From NCBI GenBank assembly GCA_963741215.1, contig CAVUHQ010000039.1, positions 69,440 through 133,439 on the forward strand: 64,000 nt of DNA, given 5' to 3'. The position numbers and the translations under genes were made by a program. Shown piece by piece: positions 41,461 to 50,314 of the stretch. How positions within the stretch are numbered: position 1 is the stretch's first letter; each line of letters opens with the position of its first letter. Source of the stretch: an uncultured beta proteobacterium. GTDB lineage: Bacteria > Pseudomonadota > Gammaproteobacteria > Burkholderiales > SHXO01. The notes below the pieces were generated by a model. The model had not been told where the DNA came from and did no database searches. It saw only the letters and a program-made list of their open reading frames with translations.

Positions 41461-41562
41461 ACCCCTCTTCCGCGCGTGGTGCCGCAAGCTGTCATCATCA
41501 TCGTATCGCTGTGTCAGGGGTGCAGTTCACGCGATGTGCAGGTCGCAGTCCCGCTGGCGCCC

Positions 41563-41625
41563 TTCACCGAATCATCTCGTCGGCACCTGCATAGGTGAGG
41601 CATGGAACGGGCGCCTTCGTGACGC
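41563..41625 (-). pseudogene. short degenerate 3-prime remnant of the same binding-protein family
   Basis: Translates as ...GVTKAPVPCLTYAGADEMIR-stop. Only the terminal ADExIR-stop and spacing match the family. Confidence 0.3.
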
Positions 41626-41982
41626 CAACTAGAGGTCGGCACCTTCGAGGTGCAGACTACGCCCACACCAAGGTGCATGCAAACCGCCTGGAAGGTGTAT
41701 CAATGTTTCCAGCGCCGCCTAAGCCGCTGGTGCCCTCGTCTGGCCATTCCTGGAGGACGGTGAGGCAGCCAGAACCTGTCCCTCTGCGCGTTTGAGCTAC
41801 CCTCGCGAGCAAGGCTCCTAGACTAGGTCCGGGGCGTCTGCGCGGCGAGCACTACGGTATCCGCACCGAGCCGGTTTATGTGGATTGGGTGAGGCGTTCT
41901 TGACCCACGTGGCGGGTCCGGGTCGAATTCGGCCCCCACAGGAATCCGAAACGGGATGTCCTGGTGGACTCGGTCAGCCGGT

Positions 41983-42570
41983 TCAGATCGTCGGAAAACC
42001 CAGCGCGGCGCGAAACCGGGTCTTCAGAAACACTCCGTCGCGCGGCGGTAGCGCACGCGTCACCTCCTCCGCGCGCACTCGAATTCGCGCGAGCCCACAT
42101 CCTTGCATCGCCTTCAGACGCGTTGCCAGCGGTGCGATGGCGCTTTCCTCGCCGATGTCGAGCGTCCAAGCGAACCCGCATGCAGCGGCGACCCCCGCCA
42201 GGCTGACGCCCATCGCGGTGTGGCTGCGCTGCATCCCGGTCTCTCCGAAACGCGCGTTGTCCAGGACCACGACCGTTAGATTCTTCGGTTGCTGCACGCC
42301 GATCGTAGCCAGCGCACCGATTCCCATCAGCTGCTCGCCGTCGCCCGTGAGCACGAGCACTGGACGCCGCGGCTGCGCCAGCGCCAGACCCAGGCCCATG
42401 GCGGCGGCTCCACCCATGGCGCCCCACAGATAGAAGTTCAAGCTGCGGTCGCCGGCGGCAAACAGGTCGTAGCCGGCGGAGCCCAGACCGGCCACCACGA
42501 GAACGTCGGTGCACTCCGCCATCAGCAAGGCGACCGCTGAGCGCCGGTCGAGCCCGTCGTCTTCGCTCAC
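41983..42570 (-). CDS. ThDP-dependent decarboxylase beta subunit (sulfopyruvate/phosphonopyruvate decarboxylase-like)
   Basis: The GTG start overlaps the alpha stop (GTGA). The ThDP/Mg motif is LTGDGEQLMGIGALATIG...VVVLDNARFGETG. Confidence 0.7.
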   Translation of the reverse strand: MSEDDGLDRRSAVALLMAECTDVLVVAGLGSAGYDLFAAGDRSLNFYLWGAMGGAAAMGLGLALAQPRRPVLVLTGDGEQLMGIGALATIGVQQPKNLTVVVLDNARFGETGMQRSHTAMGVSLAGVAAACGFAWTLDIGEESAIAPLATRLKAMQGCGLARIRVRAEEVTRALPPRDGVFLKTRFRAALGFPTI

Positions 42571-43085
42571 TTTTCGCTGATCCAAGTCTTTCTCCCAATC
42601 AGCCGCTGCGACAACAGCACCGCCACGGCCTGTTCGCTGCCGAACGCCAGCTCCGCCGCGGACTGGACGGTCTCGACCACATCCTTGGCTTCGGTCACAC
42701 GGAACACGGTGATGCCCATCGACTCGAGCGCGACCGGCGTGGCCTTGGCCATCGGCACCTGCCACGGGTTGAACTCGGCCCACTCGCCACGCATCGTGAT
42801 CAGGGCCAGGAAAGGAAAGCGGCAGTTCGACAGGAGCGAGAACATGTCCACGCAATTGCCGACGCCGCTGCTCTGCATCAGCAGGACGGCGCGCTCGCCG
42901 CCGAGCCAGGCGCCGCAGACCAGCGCCACGCCTTCTTCCTCGGTGGTCAGCACCACCGCGCGCAGGTCGGGATCGCCCTCCGCGCGCTCGATCAGTCGCG
43001 CATGCCCCGCGTCGGGAACATAGGCGACTTGCCTGACGCGGTTTTCTTTCAGCAGGTCGAACAGTTGGTCTTGCCAGTTGGTCAC
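42567..43085 (-). CDS. ThDP-dependent decarboxylase alpha subunit (pyrimidine-binding domain)
   Basis: 172 aa from a GTG start with an AAGAGG Shine-Dalgarno sequence. VPDAGHARL, TEEEGVALVCGAWLGG and LLMQSSGVGN are present. Confidence 0.7.
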   Translation of the reverse strand: MTNWQDQLFDLLKENRVRQVAYVPDAGHARLIERAEGDPDLRAVVLTTEEEGVALVCGAWLGGERAVLLMQSSGVGNCVDMFSLLSNCRFPFLALITMRGEWAEFNPWQVPMAKATPVALESMGITVFRVTEAKDVVETVQSAAELAFGSEQAVAVLLSQRLIGRKTWISEK

Positions 43086-43129
43086 GGTTGCCTCTTCAAG
43101 GTGCCATGGTTGTCGCAGGCAGCATGATA

Positions 43130-43399
43130 AAGGAGATGGCGAGGGGCGAGGGTGCTTCGACTCCGTGGCTGACCGCCACTACGCTCAGCACGAACGGGGG
43201 GTGAGGGCCGCAGGTCCGTTCGCGCTGAGCGTCGCAGCGTAGGCTGAGAGTCGAAGCGTCGGATAACATTCGCAACGGAACTCGGGCTTCGACTCCGTGG
43301 CGACGCACTGATCCGTTCGTCCTGAGCGTAGGGCGCGCAGCGTCCGGAGTCGAAGGATCAGCGCGAACGGAGTGAGAGTAATCCCAAGCCCACCCTCAC
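43130..43399. repeat. composite intercistronic repeat, variant arms (GGCGAGGGGCGAGGGTG / CACCCTCACTCAC) around three REP-like units
   Basis: The best unit, at 43313-43370, is CCGTTCGTCCTGAGCGTAGGGCGCGCAGCGTCCGGAGTCGAAGGATCAGCGCGAACGG. The element fills the spacer between the AttH-like stop and the decarboxylase start. Confidence 0.7.
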
Positions 43400-44440
43400 T
43401 CACAACTGCAAATCCTGCCCATACCCCGTCAGCTCTAGATAGCCCCGCCCGATTTCCTCGCCTTTTCGCATGGCGCGCACCGCGCCTTCCCAGTAGATGG
43501 CGCCGGTGCTGACGCGCGCATCCAGCTCCTGGTCGTCCATGAGCGGTTCGAGGTCGAGGGTCAGATCGCCTGCGGTCACGCTCATCGCCACTGGATATTC
43601 TGTGCCGCTGCGAGGTGAGCGCCAGCGTCGCACGGGACTGAACCGCACTTCACCCGGCGCAAACGCGCGCACTCGACCGCGAGCATCGCGCCAGGTCCCT
43701 CCCGCCCAGACATCCTTGCCGGATTTTCCGCGCATGCGAAACGCCATCAGTGCGCCGCCGTCGGACAGATTGATCCCGATCCAGTCCCAGCCCACGGCAT
43801 CCGCCGCCAGATATTCGCTGGACCATTCGTGATCCAGCCACGCCTGACCCTTCACCAGCAGAGTTTTGCCCTCCACCGTGATGGTGCCGCGCGCGGCGAG
43901 ATGCGGGCGGCTGTAATAGTAGCTGGCCTGCACCGGCTTTGGCCCCTTGCGGCTGAAGCCGCCCTCGCCCTTCGAGCAGCACGGGCTGAGTCGGCTCGAA
44001 CGTGAGATCGAGATGGAACTCGCGCGCGCGTACCGCGTGGCGTAGCTGCCAGTGCCCAGCTCCAGCGACGAGTCTTCGACCGATACCCGGGTGTTCGCTT
44101 CGTCGGTCCGGCCAGGCCGAGTCCGGCGCGTGCCGTGCGCTGGTCGTGTCGCAGACGGCGTAGCGGGCATCGGCGAGGGCGGCGTGGGCGAACACGATCT
44201 GCTTCGGCGCGAAGGCAGTGGAATTTTCTTCCTGCACGCCCGGGCGGCTGTGGAAAAAAGTGACTGGCACGCCGAAATCGTTGCCGGCGTGTCCTGGATC
44301 CAGCCGGTGATGTACGACTACTCGGTGCGGAATGCCGGATGGCTGCCGTGATCGCGCGGGAAGACGAGTGCGCGTCCGGAAATGACATCCGGAGTACCGG
44401 CCTCGGCCCACGCGGCTGCAAGACCGCGAGCGGGGTAAGG
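43400..44440 (-). pseudogene. AttH/CrtC-like lipocalin-fold protein, several frame breaks plus an in-frame TAG
   Basis: The C-terminal part is intact in ORF 43400..44170 (QAWLDHEWSSEYL...WDWIGINL...YWEGAV). The N-terminal FPRDHGSHPAFRTE-TAG-SYITGW and later pieces are in other frames. The start is uncertain. Confidence 0.65.
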
Positions 44441-44480
44441 TGAGCAGAAACCGCTGGCGCCCCGGTCTTTGACCGATTAC

Positions 44481-44512
44481 TCTTCACTCTTTCACCTTCA
44501 CGCCATCATCTT
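44481..44512. repeat. solitary pyrimidine arm CTCTTCACTCTTTCACCTTCACGCC of the heptamer repeat family
   Basis: Read directly, about 60 nt upstream of the amidase-like start. Confidence 0.5.
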
Positions 44513-44572
44513 CCTCTTAACGCCTTCGTATAAAACTCGCCCAAATTAACCGACATCTCGGAGGAGCTGAAC

Positions 44573-45641
44573 ATGATCAAGCCCTACACGGCCGTCGGCC
44601 TCATTCCCACCGTGCGCGGCATCCGCAAGCGCGAGGACATCAAGCTCAACCTGGAGCACCTGTCGCACCTGGTCAAGGCGGCGGCCTGGCTGTCCAGCCT
44701 GGATCTGCCGGTGCGGCTGATCGCGTTCCCCGAAGGCGCGCTGCAGGGCTTCAACGACGAAGTGCTGGACCTCGACCATGTGCAGTTCGCGCGCGAGTGC
44801 GCCATCGACATCCCGGGCGAAGAGACCGAGGACCTGGGCAAGATCGCCCGCGAGTACGACGCGTTCATCATGGCCCAGGCCAAGGCGCGCCATCCCGATC
44901 TCAAGGATCGCTTCTTCAACGTCGGCTTCATCATCGATCCCAAGGGCGAGGTGATCCTGCAGCACTACAAGGTCTCGCCGCTCTTCCCGGTCGAGCACTC
45001 GGTCTGCCCGCACGACGTCTACGACTGGTGGGTGGAGAAGTATGGCCGCAACCTGGAGGCCTTCTGGCCGGTGGTGGATACCGAGATCGGTCGCCTGGGC
45101 ATCATGATGGCCAACGAAGGCTCCTACCCGGAGAATGCGCGCGCGCTGGCCATGAACGGCGCCGAAGTGGTGTATCGCGCCTCCTATCCGCACCCGGCAC
45201 CGGCAACGAGTTGTTCGAGATCCAGAGCCGGGCCCGCGCGCTCGACAACAACATGTACATCGTGGCGCCCGAACATGGGCACCTATTATCTGTTCCCCGA
45301 AGAGACCACGCCGATCGACACCTTCGGCGGGCGCTCGTTCGTCATCAACTACAAGGGCCAGATCGTCGGGCGGCAGGACTATGGCGCCGGCTCGACCTAT
45401 GTCGGCGGGGTGATCGACATCGAGGCGCTGCGCGACCACCGCGCCCGCGCCCAGTGGGACAACTGGATGAAGGACCTGCGCACCGAGCTGTACCAGATCG
45501 CTCTACGAGCAGCCGATCTACCCGAAGAACCTGTATCTCGATCGCGAGCCGATGAAGCACGCCGAGTATCGCGAGAAAGTCATCAAGACGCAGATCGAGC
45601 TGATGCACGAGCGCGGCATCTGGGTAAAGCCGGAGCGCTGA
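44573..45641 (+). CDS. nitrilase-superfamily protein of the aliphatic amidase/formamidase branch, at least three frame breaks, nucleophile Cys replaced by Ala
   Basis: Glu motif RLIAFPEGALQGF, Lys motif LQHYKVSP, and GIMMANEGSYPE where amidases have IICDDGNYPE. The tail RDHRARAQWDNWMKDL...IWVKPER is spread over three frames. Confidence 0.7.
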
Positions 45642-45683
45642 GGCAAGGACCAGCGAACGAAGACCAGTAGTTTGATCCGATGT

Positions 45684-45708
45684 CTTCGGCACGTGGTGAG
45701 TGCCGAAG
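45684..45708. terminator. 9-bp-stem hairpin between convergent genes (possible bidirectional terminator, no U-tract)
   Basis: CTTCGGCAC-GTGGTGA-GTGCCGAAG. Confidence 0.35.
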
Positions 45709-45747
45709 CAAGCGGGCGGGCGCAGGTGCGTCGCCCGTGCGTCGCGG

Positions 45748-48700
45748 TCAGCGTTTATGTTTGCTTTGGCACCTTGATCCGGATGCCGAGTTGGGATTGC
45801 GCTCCGCCTTGGTCAACGCCATCCCGTTCACAAAGTCGGCGACCCAGCTGGAACGTCCCGCCGAAACGGACACGTCGCTCGCCGCGACCGCATCCCAATT
45901 GATCACGGGCGCTGCCCCGCTGGACGACTGTGCGTTGTACTCCGCCTCGCTCACCCTGGGATCATCGCCCGGGCCGCCGTCCAGCGTGTCCCGACCGCTG
46001 CCCAGAACGATCGTGTCATCGCCGGCCTCGCCCTTGACGATGTCGTTGCCGGAGCCACCGATGAGAACATCGTTGCCTGCGCCACCATATAGCTTGTCGT
46101 CGCCGCTGCCGCCGTCGAGATGGTCCGCCGCGGCGCCGCCGTGCAACTCGTCGTTGCCCGTATCGCCACGCAGATCGAGCGGCGCTACCGAGACGCAACC
46201 GCCGTCGATCCGGTCGTTGCCCGCCCCGCCATTGACCAGCGTGTCGACCGTCAACCCGACGAGCTGTACGTAGTCGTCGGCGGCGAGTGCGTCGACATGG
46301 ATCGCGTCACGCCGGAGTATGCGTGGATTTCGTTGTTGACGGCGACGCGCACCAGACCGTCTCGCTCCGAGATCTCGATCTTGTCGCTGCTGTCCGTGCC
46401 CTGCACGAAGAGCACGCGCTGGGGACGTAGCACTTCGAGATCGACGGTGCTCGGCCGAGCCACCCTTGCCGTCCTCCGCGCTCAGCACGAAGTGATAGAG
46501 CCCGGGTTGCGTCGGCCGCCACGTCAGCAGTCCGGACTCCCGTCGAGCGTCGCGCCTTCCGGACCGTCGACGAGCTGGTAGGTCACCGGATCGCCGTCGG
46601 CATCGGTCGCTCCTGCGGCGTACGTATAAGGCGTCGGTTCGGGCAGGCGCAGGTTCGTCGCCGTCACCACCACGTCGTTGAAGTCCTGGTCGCCGCCCTG
46701 GGTCATATCCTCCCAGGCGAGCGTGACTGCACCGGTGGCCTGGATGGTGGCGTGCATGTGGTCGTAGCCGTCGGGTTCGCAGTCGCGGTCGAGAAGAATG
46801 CCAAGGGTCCGCGATCGAGCCGGTTCTCCGGATTCGACGCGAGGAAATGCGCGGTCGTGTCGTTCTGGATGATATAGAACGCGTATAGGCCGCCGCCTTC
46901 GAGCGTGAGGTCGTGCTCCGCGCCGGCTCCCTTGCCGCTCGCGAAGATCACCTGTGCGTGCCCGTCGGCGAGCGCGGCCTTGGCGTAACCGTCATCGCCG
47001 GGCCGCAGCGTGCCGATGCGCCCCGAGGCGTCGTCCACGCGGAAGATGCCGACTTCGTTGTTGTAAGCAGCATCGCGGAACGTCCAATCGAAGCTGGACA
47101 TTGACGGCCTGTCCGGCGTTGCCGACAACCTGGAATACGCTGTCGCGGTTCGCGCCCGTTTGCGACGAGTCGAGGATGAACGAGGTGCTCGGGGTAGTCG
47201 TGTACACCGGTGCATCGTTGACCGGCTTGATGGTCAGATGCACGCTTGCCGTGCTCGACGCATCGTTCGGGTCGCTCGCCTTGTAGGTGAATGCGTCCTC
47301 GCCGGAGAAGTTGGCGACGGGCGTATAAACAAAGGCGCCGGTCCGATCGAGCGTCAGGGTGCCGTGCTGCGGCCCGGTTCCCAGCGATGCCGTCAGCGCA
47401 TCACCGTCGGGATCCACGTCGTTGCCGAGCACCCCGGGCCCACCGATCGAGAGCGCGGTGTCCTCGTCGAAGCTGTACGCATCATCGTGCGCCGACGGTG
47501 CGTGGTTGCCGGGCAAGACGTTGATGGTGACCGCCGCGGTGTCGATATCTTTCCCGTCCGAGACATCGTAGGTGAAACTGTCGACGCCAGAAAACCCCGA
47601 GGCCGGGGTATAACGTACCTGACCGTTCACGACCTCTGCCGTGCCGTGTGCCGCCGCACCCAGGCTCGCTATGGACAGCGGCTTCGATTCCATGTTCGGT
47701 TGTTCGCCAGCACGTCGATATCGACCGGGACGCCCTGCGTCGTGGTGGCCGCGTCGTCTTCGGCCACCGGCGATCGTCGACCGGCGATACCGTCAGCGAC
47801 ACGGTCGCGACGTGGTCGGCGCTCACGGTTCCTATCGTTGACGCGATAGGTGAAAGAGTCCGCGCCAAAGTAATTTCGCTACCGGCGTGTAGGTGAACGT
47901 GCCGTCTGCTCCGAACTGCAGCTGCCCACTCGCGTGGGGCCCGCTACGAGCGAGGCAACCAGCGTGTCGCCGTCCACGTCCGTATCGTTGCCCAACACCC
48001 CTAGTGCTGCGACCGCGAGAGGCGTGTCTTCCGCCGTCTGATACGCGTCATCCGCAGCGATCGGCTTGTCGTTCACCGGGGAGACAGTGATGTGAAACAC
48101 CGACGTTGCCGACCCACCGTGGCCATCCGTCAGCTCATAGGTAAAGTCGTCGGGGCCGAAGAAGTCGGGTGCGGGAGTGTAGGTCGCGACGCCATTGACG
48201 AGCTCCAGAGTACCGTTATGGGGAGCTTCGACGAGCGTTGTACTCAAGGCATCTCCATCGACATCCGTGCCGTTCGCCGCAAGGGTCAGGACAAGCGGAG
48301 TATCTTCATCGGTGGCGCCGACATCCGGACCAGGGACGGGCGCGTGGTTCACCGGCAGGACGGTAATGGACACCGTCCCCGGTGCGGAGCCGCCATGCCC
48401 ATCCGTCACTTCGTACATGAAGCTGTCCGAACCGTTGCGTTGCTTCGGGCACATAGGTCGCGAGTCCATCAGCGAGCTGCACGGTACCGTGAGCGGGACC
48501 TTGCGTAATGGCGGCGCTCAACACGTCGCCGTCCGGGTCCGTGTCATTGGCCAGGATGGGAATGAAGGCGCGAGCGCCCTGATCGAGGACGGCGGATTCG
48601 TCGGTTACCACGGGAGGGCTTATCACCGGCGCCGCGGCCATATTGATCACGACGGGATCTCCGGCCGGAGCTTGCTCCTGAGAAATGGCTGGGGGGTCTT

Positions 48701-48932
48701 CGGGCGGTGGCTCGCTCGGTACCGCAGCTCCGGCCAGGGGGTCGGGCAGCATGAGCATCCGCAGCTCGAGCGCTTCGAACAGAGGTTTACGTTGTGACAA
48801 AGCGCTGACGCAGCCCGGCCCCGACTGCGTGGGCCTGGATGCAGAAAGCTGGGGGCGGAAAAACCGCAGAATCCTTTGAGGCCACTGCCGCAGGTCCGAA
48901 GCAACGATGGAGAAGATCGACAAGGTGGTCAT
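45748..48932 (-). CDS. large secreted repeat protein: about six Ig/cadherin-like ~95-aa repeats, a DUF4114-like domain and C-terminal RTX Ca-binding repeats; many frame breaks
   Basis: N-terminal RKPLFEALELRMLM. Repeats take the form DSFTY.V.DG...A.V.I.V.PVNDAPV and NDTDVDGD. Also FDWTFRDAAYNNEVGIFRVDD...DFNDVVV, and GGAGNDRIDGG / GGSGDDKLYGGAGNDVLIGGSGND. The pieces span ORFs 48306.., 47879.., 46992.., 46703.., 46524.. and 45748... Confidence 0.75.
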
Positions 48933-49176
48933 GGAAGAAGTCCTTGAACGGCACTGAAGTTGACTGGGAACTTGGAGATCGTCGGAAGTACCGGCGGCGG
49001 GACGGTCAAAGGCCGCGCGAGCTGTACTCGTCAGGATCATCCTGTGCAGAACGGCGCAAACGATGGTGTCCTCGCGCAAGTACTCACTGGTATTCGCTAT
49101 GCATACGACTGCCGTGATGAAACCGCAACACGTGAGAGCAAGGCATCGGCCCGATCCTCGATGTGAACCAAGATGT

Positions 49177-50067
49177 TCATGCGGATAGTCGCCGTCTGCT
49201 GCAATATGAATAGCGAGATTGCGCGGCGAAACTTTCGTGCGGGATGAGTGCTGCTATTGACGATGCATATCCAAGAAGAGATCTTGCCGGGCTTGGAAGC
49301 AACTGTCCGACGAAATTGGATTGGCGGGGACGTGCGTCTCGTTCGTCCCGAACCGGCTGGGCTGCTGACCTTGCGGCATGTAGAAGGTGCCGAACAGAAG
49401 GTCGACGAATGGAAACAGGGGCGCGAAGTTCTTGTCGAGTCCCTGCTCTTCGGTCGTGTGATGCCAGCGATGGAACAGCGGGCTCGCGATCACGTAGCGC
49501 AGCGGTCCGAACGACCAGCTCACGTTGGCATGCAGCAAGATGGCATAAAAGGTCAGGAACGGGACGTAGGCCGCGAGGGCCGGCAAGGGAAAGCCGAGGC
49601 AGGCGAGCGTTACCGCCAGCACCAGCTTGGACAGCGCGTCGTTGACCGGGTGGACCCGCACCGCCGATAACCAGTCGAGCTGGGTGGAGCTGTGATGCAC
49701 GGCATGGAGCCTCCACAAGCAGGAGCCGTGAAACCACCGGTGCGTCCGGTAGCCGACCACGTCTCCCACCACGAACATCTCGAGCACGATGACCCACTGC
49801 GGCTGACTCATCACCGGACCGAATCCGCGCGCAGCTTCGGGACCATTTGGCGACCCAGCGCGGCCAGTGCGATGACGCGACGGCCAAGGCAACGGCCTTC
49901 GATATCGCCCTGGTCACCAGCGGCGTGCAAAACCAGTACAGCAGATCGACCCTGCTGTCCCGGCGCCACAAAGGCTGCCCGCTCACTGCCGGGAAGGCCC
50001 ACTCGAGCGCATAGAGCAAAGCGCTCAACCCCGCGAGCGCAATGAAAATTCCGAGGATCTGGATCAT
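49177..50067 (-). CDS. fatty acid hydroxylase / sterol desaturase family membrane protein, frame breaks
   Basis: His boxes HRWFH, HAVHH and HRWHH in ORF 49254..49892. The N-terminal TM part MIQILGIFIALAG is in the frame of ORF 49177..50175. Confidence 0.7.
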   Translation of the reverse strand: MIQILGIFIALAGLSALLYALEWAFPAVSGQPLWRRDSRVDLLYWFCTPLVTRAISKAVALAVASSHWPRWVAKWSRSCARIRSGDESAAVGHRARDVRGGRRGRLPDAPVVSRLLLVEAPCRASQLHPARLVIGGAGPPGQRRAVQAGAGGNARLPRLSLAGPRGLRPVPDLLCHLAACQRELVVRTAALRDREPAVPSLASHDRRAGTRQELRAPVSIRRPSVRHLLHAARSAAQPVRDERDARPRQSNFVGQLLPSPARSLLGYASSIAALIPHESFAAQSRYSYCSRRRLSA

Positions 50068-50314
50068 GGTCGGCGCCCCCTTCACATCCTTGGAAGCAGG
50101 AACTGCTCCCGGGCACATGCGATAACCGACCCTCGCTTCCGGTAGCGCTCCCGTCGTGCCAGCAAGCGCTAGCACGCTGAATCTGCGGGTGTAGGGATTG
50201 TGAATTCAGGCCCGGCGCCCGTGGCCGGGTCAGCCCCTGGCCGTGGCCGACTCTTTGCTTTAGCGGCTTTATGTTCGACGCCACGGCAGCGATATCCCCC
50301 TTGAATAGCGCGCG

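Noticed and set aside
41876-42598. 240-aa minus-strand ORF overlapping the decarboxylase beta gene
   Set aside because: It is an Arg-rich shifted frame. The ThDP-motif frame (41983..42570) is the real one.
45748-48932. Type I secretion genes expected next to an RTX protein
   Set aside because: None are present in the window, so no secretion system is claimed.
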